Assembly (NCBI GenBank): GCA_012727535.1
Contig: JAAYGU010000104.1
Span: 5,269-69,268, forward strand
DNA length: 64,000 nucleotides
Direction of reading: 5' to 3'
DNA from: Bacillota bacterium
GTDB taxonomy: Bacteria > Bacillota > UBA4882 > UBA10575
Numbering within the stretch: position 1 is the first letter of the stretch; every line of letters begins with the position of its first letter. The translations under genes were made by a program, and so were the position numbers. The notes beneath the pieces were generated by a model. The model was given only the letters and a program-made list of their open reading frames with translations. It searched no databases and was not told where the DNA came from. This document shows, piece by piece, positions 63,181 to 64,000 of the stretch.

Positions 63181-63194
63181 TTTATACGTATAAA
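63181..63194 (+). promoter_or_regulatory. LacI-type operator O2 upstream of the ABC exporter gene
   Basis: TTTATACGTATAAA is a perfect 14-bp palindrome with the same half-site as O1. It lies 13 nt before the ATG at 63207. Confidence 0.5.
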
Positions 63195-63206
63195 CAGGAG
63201 AGAAAA

Positions 63207-64000
63207 ATGGTTAGAAAGTATATCAAAGAGTTTCTGTGGACTCATAAAGTAAAGTATATCTTGGGGATTACTGCTTTAATCTGTTCCGGGATTCTAACTT
63301 TAGCCATGCCCAAACTCTTGGGTTATATCATTGACTGTCTGGAGAAGAGAGTGGTCAGCCAGAGCAGGATAGCTTGGTTGACCGGCGGGATGCTGTTGAT
63401 GGCCATGGCCATCTTTGGCTTGAAGTATCTTTGGCGTAATCTCCTGATCGGGAGAGCGCGGGATTTGGAGTGTTACCTTCGGGATAAGTTTTTCTCCCAT
63501 TTACAGACTTTACCCCTTAAGTTTTATCAACAAAAGAAGACCGGGGATTTGATGGCTTATGCGATTAATGATATCGGAGCGATCCGACGGGCCTTTGCTT
63601 TCGGGTTGGTCTCTTTGATTGACGGTGTGATTATTAATTCTTCTTCCTTGTTTGTGATGGCGAAGACGATTAACCCGCGCTTAACCTTGATCGGTCTTGC
63701 CCCCCTTCTTGTGGCGGTGGTTGTGATCTTTAAAATAAAGAATCCCTTGCGGCGTAGTTTTCTTAAGGTACAGGCGGCTTATGCCAATATCTCCGAGAAA
63801 ACGCAGGAGAACATCTCCGGAATTAGAGTAGTCAAAGCCTATGTGCAAGAGGAAGCGGAGAAAAAGAAGCTGGGCTTGGCGAGTTTTCAGCGCATGAGGG
63901 TGATGTTGGATTACATCAAACTCTCCGCCATTGTGGGGCCCACGGTCGAGATCTGTTTTGGGTTAAGCTTCTCCTTGGTTTTAGTTATTGGTTCTACATA
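63207..64000 (+). CDS. ABC transporter, type-1 exporter transmembrane domain (3' end beyond window)
   Basis: The frame is open from ATG 63207 (SD AGGAGAG) to the window end. It translates to an ABC_membrane-type six-helix domain (KTGDLMAYAINDIGAIRRAF ... ISGIRVVKAY). It is absent from the ORF track because no stop is reached. Confidence 0.75.
   Translation, partial: MVRKYIKEFLWTHKVKYILGITALICSGILTLAMPKLLGYIIDCLEKRVVSQSRIAWLTGGMLLMAMAIFGLKYLWRNLLIGRARDLECYLRDKFFSHLQTLPLKFYQQKKTGDLMAYAINDIGAIRRAFAFGLVSLIDGVIINSSSLFVMAKTINPRLTLIGLAPLLVAVVVIFKIKNPLRRSFLKVQAAYANISEKTQENISGIRVVKAYVQEEAEKKKLGLASFQRMRVMLDYIKLSAIVGPTVEICFGLSFSLVLVIGST

Noticed and set aside
1-64000. A search by eye for CRISPR arrays, tRNA or rRNA genes, transposases, integrases, phage genes or defence genes.
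   Set aside because: I found no regularly spaced short repeats, no tRNA-like T-arm/acceptor pattern in the spacers, and no ORF with recombinase or defence-type motifs. The region is core-like rather than an accessory island.

Overview
This 64 kb window looks like chromosomal core sequence from an endospore-forming Firmicute. I saw no rRNA, tRNA, CRISPR array, transposase or integrase. Genes are densely packed, mostly on the + strand, and well conserved. Sporulation genes: spoIIE, spoIID, splB, gerM, veg, and a dacB-like gene. Housekeeping genes: alaS, tilS, ftsH, hpt, murB, rarA, rnj, pepF. There is also a Na+-pumping oxaloacetate-type decarboxylase operon and a shikimate cluster (aroE ... 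aroC-aroK-aroB-aroQ). Several outer-membrane-type components are present: TetR-TolC-MFP-RND, a beta-barrel candidate, a TolB-like propeller and a secretin-LysM fusion. Together with the spore genes these suggest a diderm sporulating lineage. Many ORF-track starts appear over-extended, so I re-placed them using SD spacing. The most unusual signal is non-coding. A ~240-270 nt intergenic element recurs at 5955-6225 (-), 50527-50795 (+) and 60043-60283 (+). A 3' half lies at 36424-36556, and there are weaker relatives. The element has a conserved core, variable hairpins at fixed positions and an ~18 bp closing helix that carries compensatory changes. It is often followed by an SD-proximal module of GAG/GAA triplets at an exact 7-nt period. 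I do not recognise it as any described RNA family or mobile element. All alignments and base-pair counts were done by hand and need computational confirmation.
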